Shown here: positions 25,101 through 38,900 of the stretch, piece by piece
How positions within the stretch are numbered: the first letter of the stretch is position 1
Layout: each line of letters starts with the position of its first letter
From: Macrostomum hystrix
Lineage: Eukaryota; Animalia; Platyhelminthes
Assembly (NCBI GenBank): GCA_950097015.1
Contig: CATNEN010000001.1
Coordinates: 9,486,001 to 9,550,000 of the forward strand
Length of the DNA: 64,000 nucleotides
Direction of reading: 5' to 3'
The notes under the pieces: generated by a model
What the model was told of the DNA's origin: nothing
What the model saw: only the letters and a program-made list of their open reading frames with translations
Databases searched by the model: none
Translations under genes and position numbers: made by a program

Positions 25101-28100
25101 AATGTCACTCTAGTTTGACGTCGTCGCAATGTCACTCTAGTTTGACGTCGTCACAATGTCACTCTCGCTTGACTTCGACACAATGTCCAATCTAGTTTGA
25201 CGTCGTCGCAATGTTCAGTGTGGTTTGACTTATTTACAATGTCACTCTAGGTTGACGTCGTCACAATGTCACTCTAGTTTGACGTCGTCGCAATGTCACT
25301 CTAGTTTGACGTCGTCACAATGTCCACTCTATTTTGACTTCGTCACAATATCCAGTCTGGTTTGACCTTGTCACAATGTTTATTCAAATTTGACTTTGTC
25401 ACAATGTCCATTCTAGTTTGACTTCGTCACAATGTTCAATGTAGTTTGACCTTGTCACAATGTCCATTCTAGTTTGACTTCGTCCCAATGTCCAGTCTGG
25501 TTTGACCTTGTCACAATGTCCATTCAAGTTTGACTTCGTCTCAATGTTCAATCTAGTTTGACTTTGTCACAATGTCCACTCTATTTTGACTTCGTCACAA
25601 TGTCCAGTCTGGTTTGACCTTGTCACAATGTTTATTTAAGTTTGACTTTGTCACAATGTCCATTCAAGTTTGACATCGTCACAATGTCACTCTAGCTTGA
25701 CTTCGTCACCCTCGGATTCCAGGGCAGCCAAACCAGGGCAGCTGACGCGGACTTCATGACCCCATTGCACTGGGCATGTCGTCGAGGCCTGACCCAAACT
25801 GTGCGGCGTTTGCTGCGCGTGGATCCGGGCGCCTTGGCTCTGGTTGACATTCACATGAGAACCGGACTGCACTGGGCTGTACTCTCCGCCTCAACCGATC
25901 TGGTGCAGCTGTTGCTTGCTCAGGCTGGCGACTCGGATGAAGCCGCAAATACTAGCGACTTTCACGACAAATTTCCCGTGCACTACGCTGTGGAGATCAA
26001 CGATGGACAGGTGGGGCTGCAGAGTGACACACTATAGTCTAACAGGTGACACACTATAGTCTAACAGGTGACACACACTATAGTCTAACAGGTGACACAC
26101 ACTATAGTCTAACAGGTGACACACTATAGTCTAACAGGTGACACACTATAGTCTAACAGGTGACACACTATAGTCTAACAGGTGACACACTATAGTCTAA
26201 CAGGTGACACACTATAGTCTAACAGGTGACACACACCTTAGTCTAACAGGTGACACACACCCTAGTCTAACAGGTGACACACTATAGTCTAACAGGTGAC
26301 ACACTATAGTCTAACAGGTGACACACTATAGTCTAACAGGTGACACACACCCCAGTCTAACAGGTGACACACCCTAGTCTAACAGGTGACACACCCTAGT
26401 CTAACAGGTGACAAACACTTTGGCGTAACATGTGACATACACCTTAGTCTAACAGGTGACACCCTCCACCCCACCTAGCTGGTCCGTCTTCTCCTAAATC
26501 ACGGCGCTGACTTTCACGCCGTGGACACTGAGGGTCGAACCGCCACCCAGCTAGCCGTGAAGCTCGGCCACAGTCGTCTGATACGCGACATCTGCGGCCT
26601 AGGAGAGTACATCAGACGTCAGGCACTGAGGCACCGAGACTTACGCGGAGCCACGAGCTTGCTGATTGCGGCTGAACAGGGCCACACGGAAGTTTTTAAC
26701 TTCCTGCTGGAACAGGGGGCAGATTTCACCGCCAAGTTAGTCACAGAACATGCTCACTGTTGAGTGGCATTATCGTAATCTTATCTTGCCTAATCTCATC
26801 TCACCTAATTACCTAATATCCATTACATCTCATCTTTTTCAGTCCCGGAAAAATTTATCAAATTTCAATCAATTCTAAATTTTTCATGAAAAAAAACATT
26901 TCATTTAATATCGATTCATCTTAAGCTATCATCTCATCTCATCCTATCTCATCTCATCGCACCTTATCTCATCACACTTCATCCCGTTCCGTCTGATCTA
27001 ATCTTATCGCATTCCATCTCATCTCATTCTATCTCATCTCATTCTATCTCATCTCATCTTATCACATCTTATCTCATCTATCTCATCTTATCTTATCTCA
27101 TCTTATCTCATCTTATCTTATCTCATCTTATCTCATCTCATCTTATCTCATCTCATCTTATCTCATCTCATATTATCTCACCTAATCTTACCTCATCTCA
27201 TCTCACCTCATCTTATCGCATCTTATCTCATCTCATCTTATCTCATTTTATCTCACCTCATCTTATCTCATCTCATCTCGTCTCATCTCCTATCAACCAG
27301 ATTACACATTGCAATCCAATCTTATATATAATCATCTCATTCATCTCATCTAATCTCATATCGAATCTCATTCCCCGCCCCAGAGACGAATTCGGTCGCA
27401 CCTGTCTGATGCTGAGCTCAGGCGGTGGCCACTCGGACATTGTGGCCACCATGATCGACAAAGGCGTCGACGTGAACGCCTCAGATGCCAATCGGGTAGG
27501 AGGCACTGCTGCTCAACTTTTCTAAGAAACACTGAACTGATTTTCTCTCGCCACTATTATAGAACACGGCTCTGCACTATTCCTGCAAATACAACGCTGG
27601 TTCGAGTGCCAAATGCCTGGAACTGTTGCTAGCCAACGGTGCCCAATTGCAGCAGAATTACAACGGTGAGACACCGGTGGATGTGGCCGTGCTCAACAAT
27701 AATGCGGCCGCGATTCGAGTCCTATTCTCGGATGCCTAGTGAGTCGATTGGTTCATTGAAATGGCATAGGTATATAAGTTTAATGGGAATCGAATTCTCT
27801 TGTTGAGATGGGATCTCAATAAGTTGAGATGGGATCTCAAGAAGTTGAGATGGGATCTCAAGAAGTAAAGATGGGAGCTCAAAAAGTTGAGATGGGATCA
27901 CAAGAAGTTGAGATGGGATCACAAGAAGTTGAGATGGGATCACAAGAAGTTGAGATGGGATCTCAAAAAGTTGAGATGGGATCTCAAAAAGTTGAGATGG
28001 GATCACAAGAAGTTGAGATGGGATCACAAGAAGTTGAGATGGGATCTCAAAAAGTTGAGATGGGATCTCAAAAAGTTGAGATGGGATCACAAGAAGTTGA

Positions 28101-31100
28101 GATGGGATCTCACGAAGTTGAGATGGTATCAAAAGAAGTTGAGATGGGATCACAGAACTTGAGATGCGATGAAATAGTTTGAGAAGGGATATAATCTGGG
28201 GATCTGCCGAACACTATTTTCGCAGCTGCAACTGGGTGATGGCCTACCGCAAGGACACCGGCTTGACTCACATGGACATACTGATCCAGCACTCACCCCA
28301 GACTGCAATGGTAGAGCAATAATTCGCTTTATTTCTATAAGATTACGAGTACTAATCAAACGAACTAAAGTAACGCTTCTTTGTGTTCCAGGAGATGCTG
28401 GATCGTTCTATGACCAAATCCGGTGCCGACCACTTAGACAAGAATTTCATGGTATCTGGAAGATGCTTACATTTTTATCTGCTTTTTTAAACTGCCTTTC
28501 TGCCTGAATCTATGAGAAAATAAATTTTATTTTCTAAGAAAATCTACCTGTATACTAAAAATTTACACTTCTACCAAATCTACCTTTCTAAGAAAAATCT
28601 GTCTTTCAAATAAAATGTAAATGCAGTCACAAAATCAACCTGTCTAACAAATATCTACCTGTCTGCCAAATATCTACCTGTCTGCCAAATATCTACCTGT
28701 CTGCCGAATATCTACCTGTCTACTGAATATCTACCTGTCTGCCGAATATCTACCTGTCTACCGAATATCTACTTGTCTACCAAATATCTACTTGTCTACC
28801 AAATATCTACTTGTCTAACCAAATATCTACCTGTCTGCCAAATATCTACCTGTCTACCAAGTATCTACCTCTCTACCGAATATCTACCTGTCTGCCAAAT
28901 ATCTACCTGTCTACCAAGTATCTACCTGTCTACCAAGTATCTACCTGAAGTCACCAAAATCTACCTGTCTGCCAATATCTACCTGTCTACCAAAATCTAC
29001 CTGTCTCTCAAATTTACCTTCCCACTAACATTGTAAACTGAAACGAAACAAGCAATCTGAAAAATGCAGGTGACCCACAATTTCCACTACCTGGATCCGG
29101 GTCCGGACGATCTAGCTTCAAAATTTGAGCGCTACCTCGGCCTCCGTACAATGGTTGAACGACAAAGAGAGGACCTGCTGAGACATCCGCTGTGTAAGGC
29201 ACTTCTAGAGTACAAGTGGTAAGCCATAGAGTTTCAACAATCACATTGAATCATATGGCATTTGAATGTTCGATGATTTTTTAAAATAAAAAACATCTGA
29301 AGGTCATTCACTCGCTACTTCTTCTGGTGCGACTTATTCTTCTACGCTATTTTTCTGTGCTGCCTGACTGCTTTCGTTGTCGATCAGGGACCGTTGCCGC
29401 CTGGCCAGGTGGACTCGACAACCGGCTGCAGGAACACCTCTTCTTCGGGTGGACAGGTAGGAATGTTTGGGAAGGATAGCAGATGTACGCATGTACAGTC
29501 ATAGCAGATGTACGGATGTACAGTCATAGCAGATGTACGGATGTACAGTCATAGCAGATGTACGCATGTACAGTCATAGCAGATGTACGCATGTACAGTC
29601 ATAGCAGATGTATGGATGTACAGTCATAGCAGATGTACGCATGTACAGTCATAGCAGATGTACGCATGTACAGTCATAGCAGATGTACGTATGTACAGTC
29701 ATAGCAGATGTACGCATGTACAGTCATAGCAGATGTACGAATGTACAGTCATAGCAGATGTACGAATATACAGTCATAGCAGATGTACGCATGTACAGTC
29801 ATAGCAGATGTACGAATGTACAGTCATAGCAGATGTACGCATGTACAGTCATTGCAGAAGTACCCGAATTTCTTTCAGGGCGAGCGTCCAAAACTGACCA
29901 ACGGCAAATTAATCCTCGAGAAATCGATTGTCATCGGCTTTCTTAGCGTTCGGTTAATCCTCGAAGTCGTTAAGCTGCTGTTCAAGGTAGGTGTTTAATT
30001 TTTTTAACTAATATTGGAACAACAGGTGAAATGCATTACGCTCGTCCATTTGTCTTTCAGCGTCTCCAGTACTTGAAGAACTACGAGAACTTATTCTTTT
30101 TAACCCTGTACGTTCTGACCTTCGTGTTCATCTACCCGCCAGACAGCGAACCATGTCAGGACAACTGGATATTCGGCATTTTCTCAGTAATTTTAGCCTG
30201 GTGCTTGCTCATCTTTCAGTTTGAGCAGTGAGTTTAAAAAATTTAAGTACTTATTAAATAAAATCCCACTTTAATCCTTTCACACTTGTCATTGCTTTTG
30301 ATTTCAGCCTCCCAGTTACCGGTATCTACTCTTTAATGTTTCAAAAAGTGATTATGTCATTGGTGAAAGTTATTTGCATATTCGCATTCTTCATTATTGG
30401 ATTTGCTCTGGCGTTTAACATCGGTTTAGTCAACCAGGTGAGACTGGGTGTGGGCGAGTAGGGTGTCAGTGTTTGAGTAGGGTGTCAGAGTTTGAGTAGG
30501 GTGTCAGTGTTTGAGTAGGGTGTCAGAGTTTGAGTAGGGTGTCAGTGTTTGAGTAGGGTGTCAGAGTTTGAGTAGGGTGTCAGTGTTTGAGTAGGGTGTC
30601 AGTGTTTGAGTAGGGTGTCAGTGTTTGAGTAGGGTGTCAGTGTTTGAGTAGGGTGTCAGTGTTTGAGTAGGGTGTCAGTGTTTGAGTAGGGTGTCAGTGT
30701 TTGAGTAGGGTGTCAGTGTTTGAGTAGGGTGTCAGTGTTTGAGTAGGGTGTCAGTGTTTGAGTAGGGTGTCAGTGTTTGAGTAGGGTGTCAGTGTTTGAG
30801 TAGGGTGTCAGTGTTTGAGTAGGGTGTCAGTGTTTGAGTAGGGTCTCAGTGTTTGAGTAGGGTGTCAGTGTTTGAGTAGGGTGTCAGTGTTTGAGTAGGG
30901 TGTCAGTGTTTGAGTAGGGTGTCAGTGTTTGAGTAGGGTGTCAGTGTTTGAGTAGGGTGTCAGTGTTTGAGTAGGGTGTCAGTGTTTGAGTAGGGTGTCA
31001 GTGTTTGAGTAGGGTGTCAGTGTTTGAGTAGGGTGTCAGTGTTTGAGTAGGGTGTCAGTGTTTGAGTAGGGTGTCAGTGTTTGAGTAGGGTGTCAGTGTT

Positions 31101-32548
31101 TGAGTAGGGTGTCAGTGTTTGAGTAGGGTGTCAGTGTTTGAGTAGGGTGTCAGTGTTTGAGTAGGGTGTCAGTGTTTGAGTAGGGTGTCAGTGTTTGAGT
31201 AGGGTGTCAGTGTTTGAGTAGGGTGTCAGTGTTTGAGTAGGGTGTCAGTGTTTGAGTAGGGTGTCAGTGTTTGAGTAGGGTGTCAGTGTTTGAGTAGGGT
31301 GTCAGTGTTTGAGTAGGGTGTCAGTGTTTGAGTAGGGTGTCAGTGTTTGAGTAGGGTCTCAGTGTTTGAGTAGGGTGTCAGTGTTTGAGTAGGGTGTCAG
31401 TGTTTGAGTAGGGTCTCAGTGTTTGAGTAGGGTGTCAGTGTTTGAGTAGGGTGTCAGTGTTTGAGTAGGGTGTTAAAAGACTGTAGAAAAGACTAGACAG
31501 ATCACAATAGACTTGATAACTCAAAAACGCAACACTCCAGACGCCATTTATGTATCCGGCCTACTCCATAGTGAAGACATTCGATATGACTGTTGGCGAA
31601 ATGGATTTTGTCACCTATTTCATTGGCGCCACATCCGGTAAAATGCAAGCCGCCTTATTGGTGGTTTTCGTCATCTTCGTTGTAATCATGCCGATAGGTC
31701 TGATGAACCTGCTGGTCAGTCTATAATTGAGCAGTTTGAGTTCTTAAAAATTTTGTACGCTGCTGTTCCTAACTTTTTTAACCATTCCTTTGCTTTCAGG
31801 TTGGCGTTGCTGTTGGCGATATCGAAGGAATCTCTAAGGAAGCTGGTCTTCGCCTCATTGAAATTCGGGTGAGAAACACAAGTATAAATATGAGCTCATT
31901 GAGTGTCACAAGACAATTGAGGCTTGAAACTCTAAGCACACACGCACACAGATACTGTACGCAGGTACACACCAACACAGGTGTGTACATCTGCCCTAAA
32001 TTTCGAATCGTCAGGCAGTGTACACTCAAGTGAAAATTGCACGACAAGCCCCCAAGCCTTCTCTCCGCGGCTGCACCCCAAATGAATGTGGCCTCGCCGC
32101 GGAATCGAGCTCAGGGACCTTAATGCGAGAGGCAAACGCGTTAGACTGCTTTGCCACTCACCCTCTGACATCCACCTAGTTCTCTCACGTCATCCAATCA
32201 CACGCTACAGCCACCCCATTCTCTCAAAACACAATCGAAACGTTCCAAAACATTAGTACATCGTTCATTTTAATCCAGATCAATTTAGTCTACGAACTCG
32301 AGACCAATCTACCTCGCTACTTCCAACGCCGTCTTCATAGACGCTTTATCCAAGTCTATCCAAATAGAATCGGCAATTTCTTAGTGGAGTACATGAGACC
32401 ATACGGCGCTCATTATCGAGACTGGTTGCAACGCTGCGCCGATGACAGAGCCGAGACAACCAGCGAGGAACGTCTCGAAGCTGTGGAACAAGCGATTCAC
32501 AACTTGGCTGCTCGCCTTCAGGAAATTCACCAGGCTGTTGTGCGCTGA
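22147..32548 (+). CDS. trpa1: TRPA-family (TRPA1-like) ankyrin-repeat cation channel, 22 coding exons, 1097 aa
   Basis: Exons 22147-22356, 22789-23133, 23210-23314, 23592-23700, 23772-23875, 24531-24578, 24654-24778, 24854-24902, 25723-26010, 26479-26735, 27384-27495, 27563-27738, 28226-28310, 28392-28451, 29070-29218, 29303-29456, 29879-29986, 30061-30227, 30308-30437, 31541-31714, 31800-31868, 32279-32548 join in frame (3294 nt). Long ankyrin array, pre-S1 motif LLRHPLCKALLEYKW, pore KTFDMTVGEMDF, S6 IMPIGLMNLLVGVAVGDI. Exact orthology to TRPA1 is not established. Confidence 0.9.
22500..22722. repeat. 27-bp minisatellite (TTTGACTTCGTCACAATGTCACTCTAG), TRPA intron 1
   Basis: Same unit as 24950-25708. 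Confidence 0.9.
23341..23540. repeat. 31-bp minisatellite (AGGAGTGACTTTCCCCAGTTGTCACTTTTGW), TRPA intron 3
   Basis: Visible tandem periodicity. Confidence 0.9.
23925..24475. repeat. GAGATGAGACAC-type minisatellite, TRPA intron 5
   Basis: Reverse complement of the TCTCATCTCTC family. Confidence 0.92.
24950..25708. repeat. 27-bp minisatellite, TRPA intron 8
   Basis: TTTGACGTCGTCACAATGTCACTCTAG units. Confidence 0.93.
26023..26462. repeat. 22-bp minisatellite (ACTATAGTCTAACAGGTGACAC), TRPA intron 9
   Basis: Visible tandem periodicity. Confidence 0.95.
26925..27370. repeat. (TCTCA/TCTTA)n pentamer repeat, TRPA intron 10
   Basis: Visible tandem periodicity. Confidence 0.9.
27802..28165. repeat. 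21-bp minisatellite (GTTGAGATGGGATCACAAGAA), TRPA intron 12
   Basis: Visible tandem periodicity. Confidence 0.95.
28635..29010. repeat. 19-bp minisatellite (AAATATCTACCTGTCTRCC), TRPA intron 14
   Basis: Visible tandem periodicity. Confidence 0.92.
29476..29858. repeat. 25-bp minisatellite (TAGCAGATGTACGCATGTACAGTCA), TRPA intron 16
   Basis: Visible tandem periodicity. Confidence 0.95.
30456..31473. repeat. 19-bp near-perfect minisatellite (GAGTAGGGTGTCAGTGTTT), TRPA intron 19
   Basis: Visible tandem periodicity. Confidence 0.97.
31925..32165 (-). mobile_element. SINE family B in the last TRPA intron
   Basis: Reverse-complement homology to 34226-34556. Confidence 0.8.
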
Positions 32549-32745
32549 CGATCTCGAAGCTCAAGTTTAATATCGGAATTCGACTCTCATGATATTCTTC
32601 GTCGAATGGTCAGAACCTTAAACTTCTGTAGCAGCCCTTTCCCAGTCCATGGACTGAACAGCTGTACACCGTCTTTTAAAATCGCCTTTGTCTTTTTTAT
32701 CCCTCTTTATATTTAATGCACTTGTATTTAAAAACTTTTCTCTAA

Positions 32746-33420
32746 CAGAAGAAAGATAAGCTTTTTCCCTCTGGGTGAAGACCACGCGAATATTTTAAAT
32801 ACCCGCTGCCTACTTCACGAGAGCTCCCAACCCGAATGACGATTTTCGTGAAAGTCCACAACATGGATCAAAATTTTCCACCATTTGCGATGAACTAACT
32901 TTCAATGCCGTCCGATTGGTGATTGATCGAATATTTAATCGCCCAGTAAAAAATTCGGCTGCTTCTTCGGCGGGTTTTTTGTGCAAAATAGGATTGGAAT
33001 CTACCAAAATCCCCCCTATCTCGCAAAAGTTAAAGAAACCACCCAGGAAGCAGCCGATGTAACCGTAAATTGTGCGGAAACCGCCGAAGAATCACCCGAA
33101 CCAGTGGCCCATGGGACAACCAGAGAATTCTTTACGGGCGATTCCTCGGCGGTTTCTGAGCATGGAATCTTCCGAACTGGAGGATTCTTTGGGTGATTCC
33201 ATTTCGCCACCAAGAAGCACCGAGAAAACGCCCAGTTGGGTAGATTCTAAGCATGGAATCATCCGATTGGTATGTTTCCAGCGTTCGGCAGTTTATTTTT
33301 CTGGAAACATCTGGAAACATCTGGAAACAGATTCCAACTGGAATCACCCAAAGAAACATCCATATTTTTTTAGCGGGCAGATACACTAAGAAGTGGACAT
33401 TTGAAATACCCCATCTTTAA
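32746..33420. mobile_element. Related MITE copy between the TRPA and caskin 3' ends
   Basis: First ~200 bp are homologous to the 20140 element (CTGCCTACTTCAC..AGCTCCCAA.CCGAATGAC..TGAAAGTC..ATGGATCAAAA). Inverted subterminal motif ATTTGAAATACCCCAT at ~33400. Confidence 0.65.
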
Positions 33421-33897
33421 CATCAGCTCCATCCGGATTTGTGTACTCAAATTCAACTCATTTATTGATTGTTTAACTGGGAGAAAAAATTATTTTACAA
33501 GAACAAGTTGTGTTAGCAATCTATCAAAAAGAAGGCATGGAAAATTACAAAAATTGTTCATTATTGGACTCAAACTTTAGCTGCAAGAAAATATTTACAG
33601 AGACAAATAAAATAGTTGTAAGGGTTTCGAAATCACGAGCTGTTTGTTTTAATCAATGATTGTTTCTTAAGTTTGTTGATTCAATGTAAAAATAAAACCG
33701 TTCAATAAAACTGTAAAGTTAAAAAAAAACTAAGAGAGAAGTACGCATTGATAAGAAATCTATTTTGTAAAGAATTTTTGTTATAATAATAATATAGCAT
33801 GGATTACTGCTTTTTCAGCAAAAATAGTGCTACTATAATTTAGTGCCGTATTAACATCGAAAAGCGCACAGTTCACAAAGTTTTCAACTCCACATTT

Positions 33898-35926
33898 TTA
33901 ACTCGAAGCTAGCGGCTTCTGATCTCGCAGCTCTTTGTCCAGCATCGACTGAAGATCAGAGAGCATATCGCAGATGTCGTCAAGGTTAGAGAATGCATCT
34001 TCATTGTCAGAGGCTGCTGAACTATTATCCCCTGCAGCCGACAAGGAGGTTGGAGGCGTCAGTAGCGAACTGGCGCCGGCTGGCGGGTTGCCATGGTAAC
34101 CGCCAATCGAAGGAAGGCGTCTGAAAATCAAATTAATTAGGTGCATTAAAGCTACCATAAATTAAGTGCCTCACTCGATAAAATTAATACGAGCGAAAAC
34201 TTTTCTTAAACAGACCTAAAGAAGCTGAGTGGCAGAATGGTCTAGCGCGTTTGCCTCTCCCCAAAAGTACTGAGCTCGATTCCGCGGCGAGGCCACATTC
34301 ATTTGAAGGGCAGCCGCGGAGAGAAGGCTTGGGGGCTTGTCGTGTAATTTACGCCCTTGAGGACCAACCTCCAAGTCCTACTGAGAGTGCACACTGCCTG
34401 ACGATGAGAAAGTCAGGGCAGATGCTCACACCTGTGTGAGCGTGCTCAGGAGTCAGTGGAATGGGCAGAATTGCCTCCTCGCTGGCTGCAGGTCTAGTGT
34501 CACCAAAATAATGTGCCATTGCCCGCAGCCCTCCAGCAATTATTATAATGATTATTTGCCAGACCAACTAATCTCATGGAACTACTCGCTTTTACCGTTC
34601 AATGACTATCATTAAAGTATTATCTTGTTGACCGCTCTTCAATAAGTTAAAAAAATCTCTGACTTACTTGGTAGCCTCAGGTGATAACTGTTTCTGCTGC
34701 TGCTGCTGCTGCTGCTGCTGATTCTGCTGCTTGTGTCGAATAACAGTGCCACAATTCTCATTAGCAAACGGTATGGACGCCACAGAGGCGGTAGAATTCG
34801 ATCTCGAACACGATGAGACGCCAGTGACAGGATTAACTACGGACGCTGTCGCTGATTGAGCCTGATGCGGCGGCCTTCTTATCTGGTAGAGCTGATGCTG
34901 CTTCAAGGCGTTCTCAATCTGGCCGGCATTCTCGTAGGCGCCACAGCGGGCCTGATGCGGCTGCATCGGACTGGGGTCCCTGGACGAGCTGCCGTGTCGC
35001 AGCATCGAGGTGACCCTCTTCGGCGGTGGCGGAGGTACCTTGTGTGGCAACGGTGGAGGCTGCTGCTGAACCGCATCCGTTGTGCCACTGCTGTTGCTGC
35101 TCTGGCCAAGGACTTTAGCCACTGGTTTGTTACTCCGATGCGGCGATTGCGGAGGCAGGGAATGTTGAGAACCTGTTTGAGACGGCTGAGCAGTGTCCGT
35201 CCTGGATGGTTGAACTGAAATATTTAAATAAGTCTTTATACCTGCTGGTCAATCAACAGTGTGTAGATATTATCGAACATAAACACAAAAATTCGTTAAC
35301 GTATGTGAAAAAATGTAATAATTTTTTTACTACACAAACTTTAGAAATCGATTAAAGCATTAGATTAAGTTATTTTTTTATTATCAGTTTTCTACTTGTT
35401 CGTTCTATTACCGTTTGACAATGGCGACGCGAAAGTCACAGTTCTTGTGACATGATTTTCGAGATGCTCCGATTCTAAACGAATGTGGTTTATAACAATT
35501 TTTGAGCTTCATATCAAATTAATCACACTATTTTATAGGCAATTGCGCCTATTCCTAAGCACAATCACACACAGTTGTGTACATCTCACCTGAATTTCTC
35601 ATCGTCAGGCAGTGTGCACTCTCACTACACCGACAAGCCCCCCAAATGAATGTGGCCTCGCCGCGGAATCGAGCTCACGGACCATAGTGCGAGAATCGGA
35701 GGCCCCGCAACTGACCCACTTAGAGTTAATAAAATCCTAGATTACTCAAATTTTAAGCTCATTATAGCAAGACCGATAAAGAGACAAAACCTAACTACGT
35801 CATATTGATCAGCAAAAAAGTGCAATTTCCAAATAAGTAATCACCTGAACACGAAGGCGGCATTGGGTGAATGATGACGTCAGTGGCAGTGCAAGTACCG
35901 CAGGAGACTGTGTGTCTACAGCCTGA

Positions 35927-35957
<31 letters not shown>

Positions 35958-38900
35958 TGCATTCCGCGAAGCCTTTTAAATCGGTCGATTGCTAGCATCA
36001 GCTTCTTCTGGTGACCTAGACAGGTGATAATAAAAGTACTTAGTAAACAAATACTGACGGAATATAAAAGTATTAAAGTGATCCGGCACATTTTCATTTG
36101 CGGTTTCATAATGACGACATTCTAATAAATGTGATTAAGTACTGATGCATTGTAAACATGCGTTAGCACAAGGTGACAATTATATTTGCAACTAATGCGA
36201 AATCTTTCAATAGTGACATAGGAGTATAGGACACATTTAAAATCAAATTCAATTTAAAAAACGCACCCTTATCTAAACGACAGTTTATCTATAACTTTTA
36301 AATCTACAACTATGATCTAGATCGTTTCATTAGTTCATGCAGGTTTGAAAATGTTTAAGACTGCCTATTGAATCATTTATTGATCTATTGACTACAGTTA
36401 ACTTATTATACACACATAGGTACGATAAGACTATCGATAAAATTTTGTGAAAATTGAAAATTAGCAATTATTATTAATTTTAAAAAAGTACCAGGCAAAA
36501 TATTCAATCGAATCTTAGCTGCAGTCGAATTCAGTATTTCACGTCGAGCTGTGAATGTTGATAAGCAACAGAATTTTAGAGACAGAAATTAATGCTTTGA
36601 GGTGAAATTAAATCAAAATTAAACGGATTCAAAATCACGCATCAAAAAACTAAAATAAAATAATGGTAATCATTTCAAAGACGCACTTATGGATATTCCA
36701 GAACTACTAGAACTACCAGAACTACCAGAACTACCAGAACTACCAGAACTATCAGAACTACCAGAACTACCAGAACTACCAGAACTACCAGAACTACCTG
36801 GACTACCAGACCTATCAGAACTACCAGAACTACCAGAACTACCAGAACTACCAGAACTACCAGAACTACCAGAACTACCAGAACTACCTGGACTACCAGA
36901 ACTATCAGAACTACCAGAACTACCAGACCTATCAGAACTACCAGAACTACCAGAACTACCAGAACTATCAGAACTACCAGACCTATCAGAACTACCAGAA
37001 CTACCAGACCTATCAGAACTACCAGAACTACCAGAACTACCAGAACTACCAGAACTACCTGGACTACCAGAACTATCAGAACTACCAGAACTACCAGACC
37101 TATCAGAACTACCAGAACTACCAGAACTACCAGACCTATCAGAACTACCAGAACTACCAGAACTACCAGAACTACCAGAACTACCAGAACTACCAGAACT
37201 ACCAGAACTACCTGGACTACCAGAACTATCAGAACTACCAGAACTACCAGACCTATCAGAACTACCAGAACTACCAGAACTACCAGAACTACCAGAACTA
37301 CCAGAACTATCAGAACTACCAGAACTACCAGAACTACCAGAACTACCAGAACTACCAGAACTACCAGACCTATCAGAACTACCAGAACTACCAGAACTAC
37401 CAGAACTATCAGAACTACCAGACCTATCAGAACTACCAGAACTACCAGAACTACCAGAACTACCAGAACTACCAGAACTACCAGAACTACCAGAACTACC
37501 TGGACTACCAGAACTATCAGAACTACCAGAACTACCAGACCTATCAGAACTACCAGAACTACCAGAACTACCAGACCTATCAGAACTACCAGAACTACCA
37601 GAACTACCAGAACTACCAGAACTACCAGAACTACCAGAACTACCAGAACTACCTGGACTACCAGAACTATCAGAACTACCAGAACTACCAGACCTATCAG
37701 AACTACCAGAACTACCAGAACTACCAGAACTACCAGAACTACCAGAACTACCAGAACTATCAGAACTACCAGAACTACCAGACCTATCAGAACTACCAGA
37801 ACTACCAGAACTACCAGACCTATCAGAACTACCAGAACTACCAGAACTACCAGAACTACCAGAACTACCAGAACTACCAGAACTACCAGAACTACCTGGA
37901 CTACCAGAACTATCAGAACTACCAGAACTACCAGACCTATCAGAACTACCAGAACTACCAGAACTACCAGAACTACCAGAACTACCAGAACTATCAGAAC
38001 TACCAGAACTACCAGAACTACCAGAACTACCAGAACTACCAGAACTACCAGACCTATCAGAACTACCAGAACTACCAGAACTACCAGAACTATCAGAACT
38101 ACCAGACCTATCAGAACTACCAGAACTACCAGAACTACCAGAACTACCAGAACTACCAGAACTACCAGAACTACCAGAACTACCTGGACTACCAGAACTA
38201 TCAGAACTACCAGAACTACCAGACCTATCAGAACTACCAGAACTACCAGAACTACCAGACCTATCAGAACTACCAGAACTACCAGAACTACCAGAACTAC
38301 CAGAACTACCAGAACTACCAGAACTACCAGAACTACCTGGACTACCAGAACTATCAGAACTACCAGAACTACCAGACCTATCAGAACTACCAGAACTACC
38401 AGAACTACCAGAACTACCAGAACTACCAGAACTATCAGAACTACCAGAACTACCAGAACTACCAGAACTACCAGAACTACCTGGACTACCAGACCTATCA
38501 GAACTACCAGAACTACCAGAACTACCAGAACTACCAGAACTACCAGAACTACCAGAACTACCAGAACTACCAGAACTACCTGGACTACCAGAACTATCAG
38601 AACTACCAGAACTACCAGACCTATCAGAACTACCAGAACTACCAGAACTACCAGAACTATCAGAACTACCAGACCTATCAGAACTACCAGAACTACCAGA
38701 ACTACCAGAACTACCAGAACTACCAGAACTACCAGAACTACCAGAACTACCTGGACTACCAGAACTATCAGAACTACCAGAACTACCAGACCTATCAGAA
38801 CTACCAGAACTACCAGAACTACCAGAACTATCAGAACTACCAGAACTATCAGAACTACCAGAACTATCAGAACTACCAGAACTATCAGAACTACCAGAAC

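Noticed and set aside
26023-26462. SP6 promoter or vector contamination (AGGTGACAC..TATAG)
   Set aside because: Has extra bases relative to SP6, is tandemly repeated, and lies in a phase-consistent intron; coincidental.
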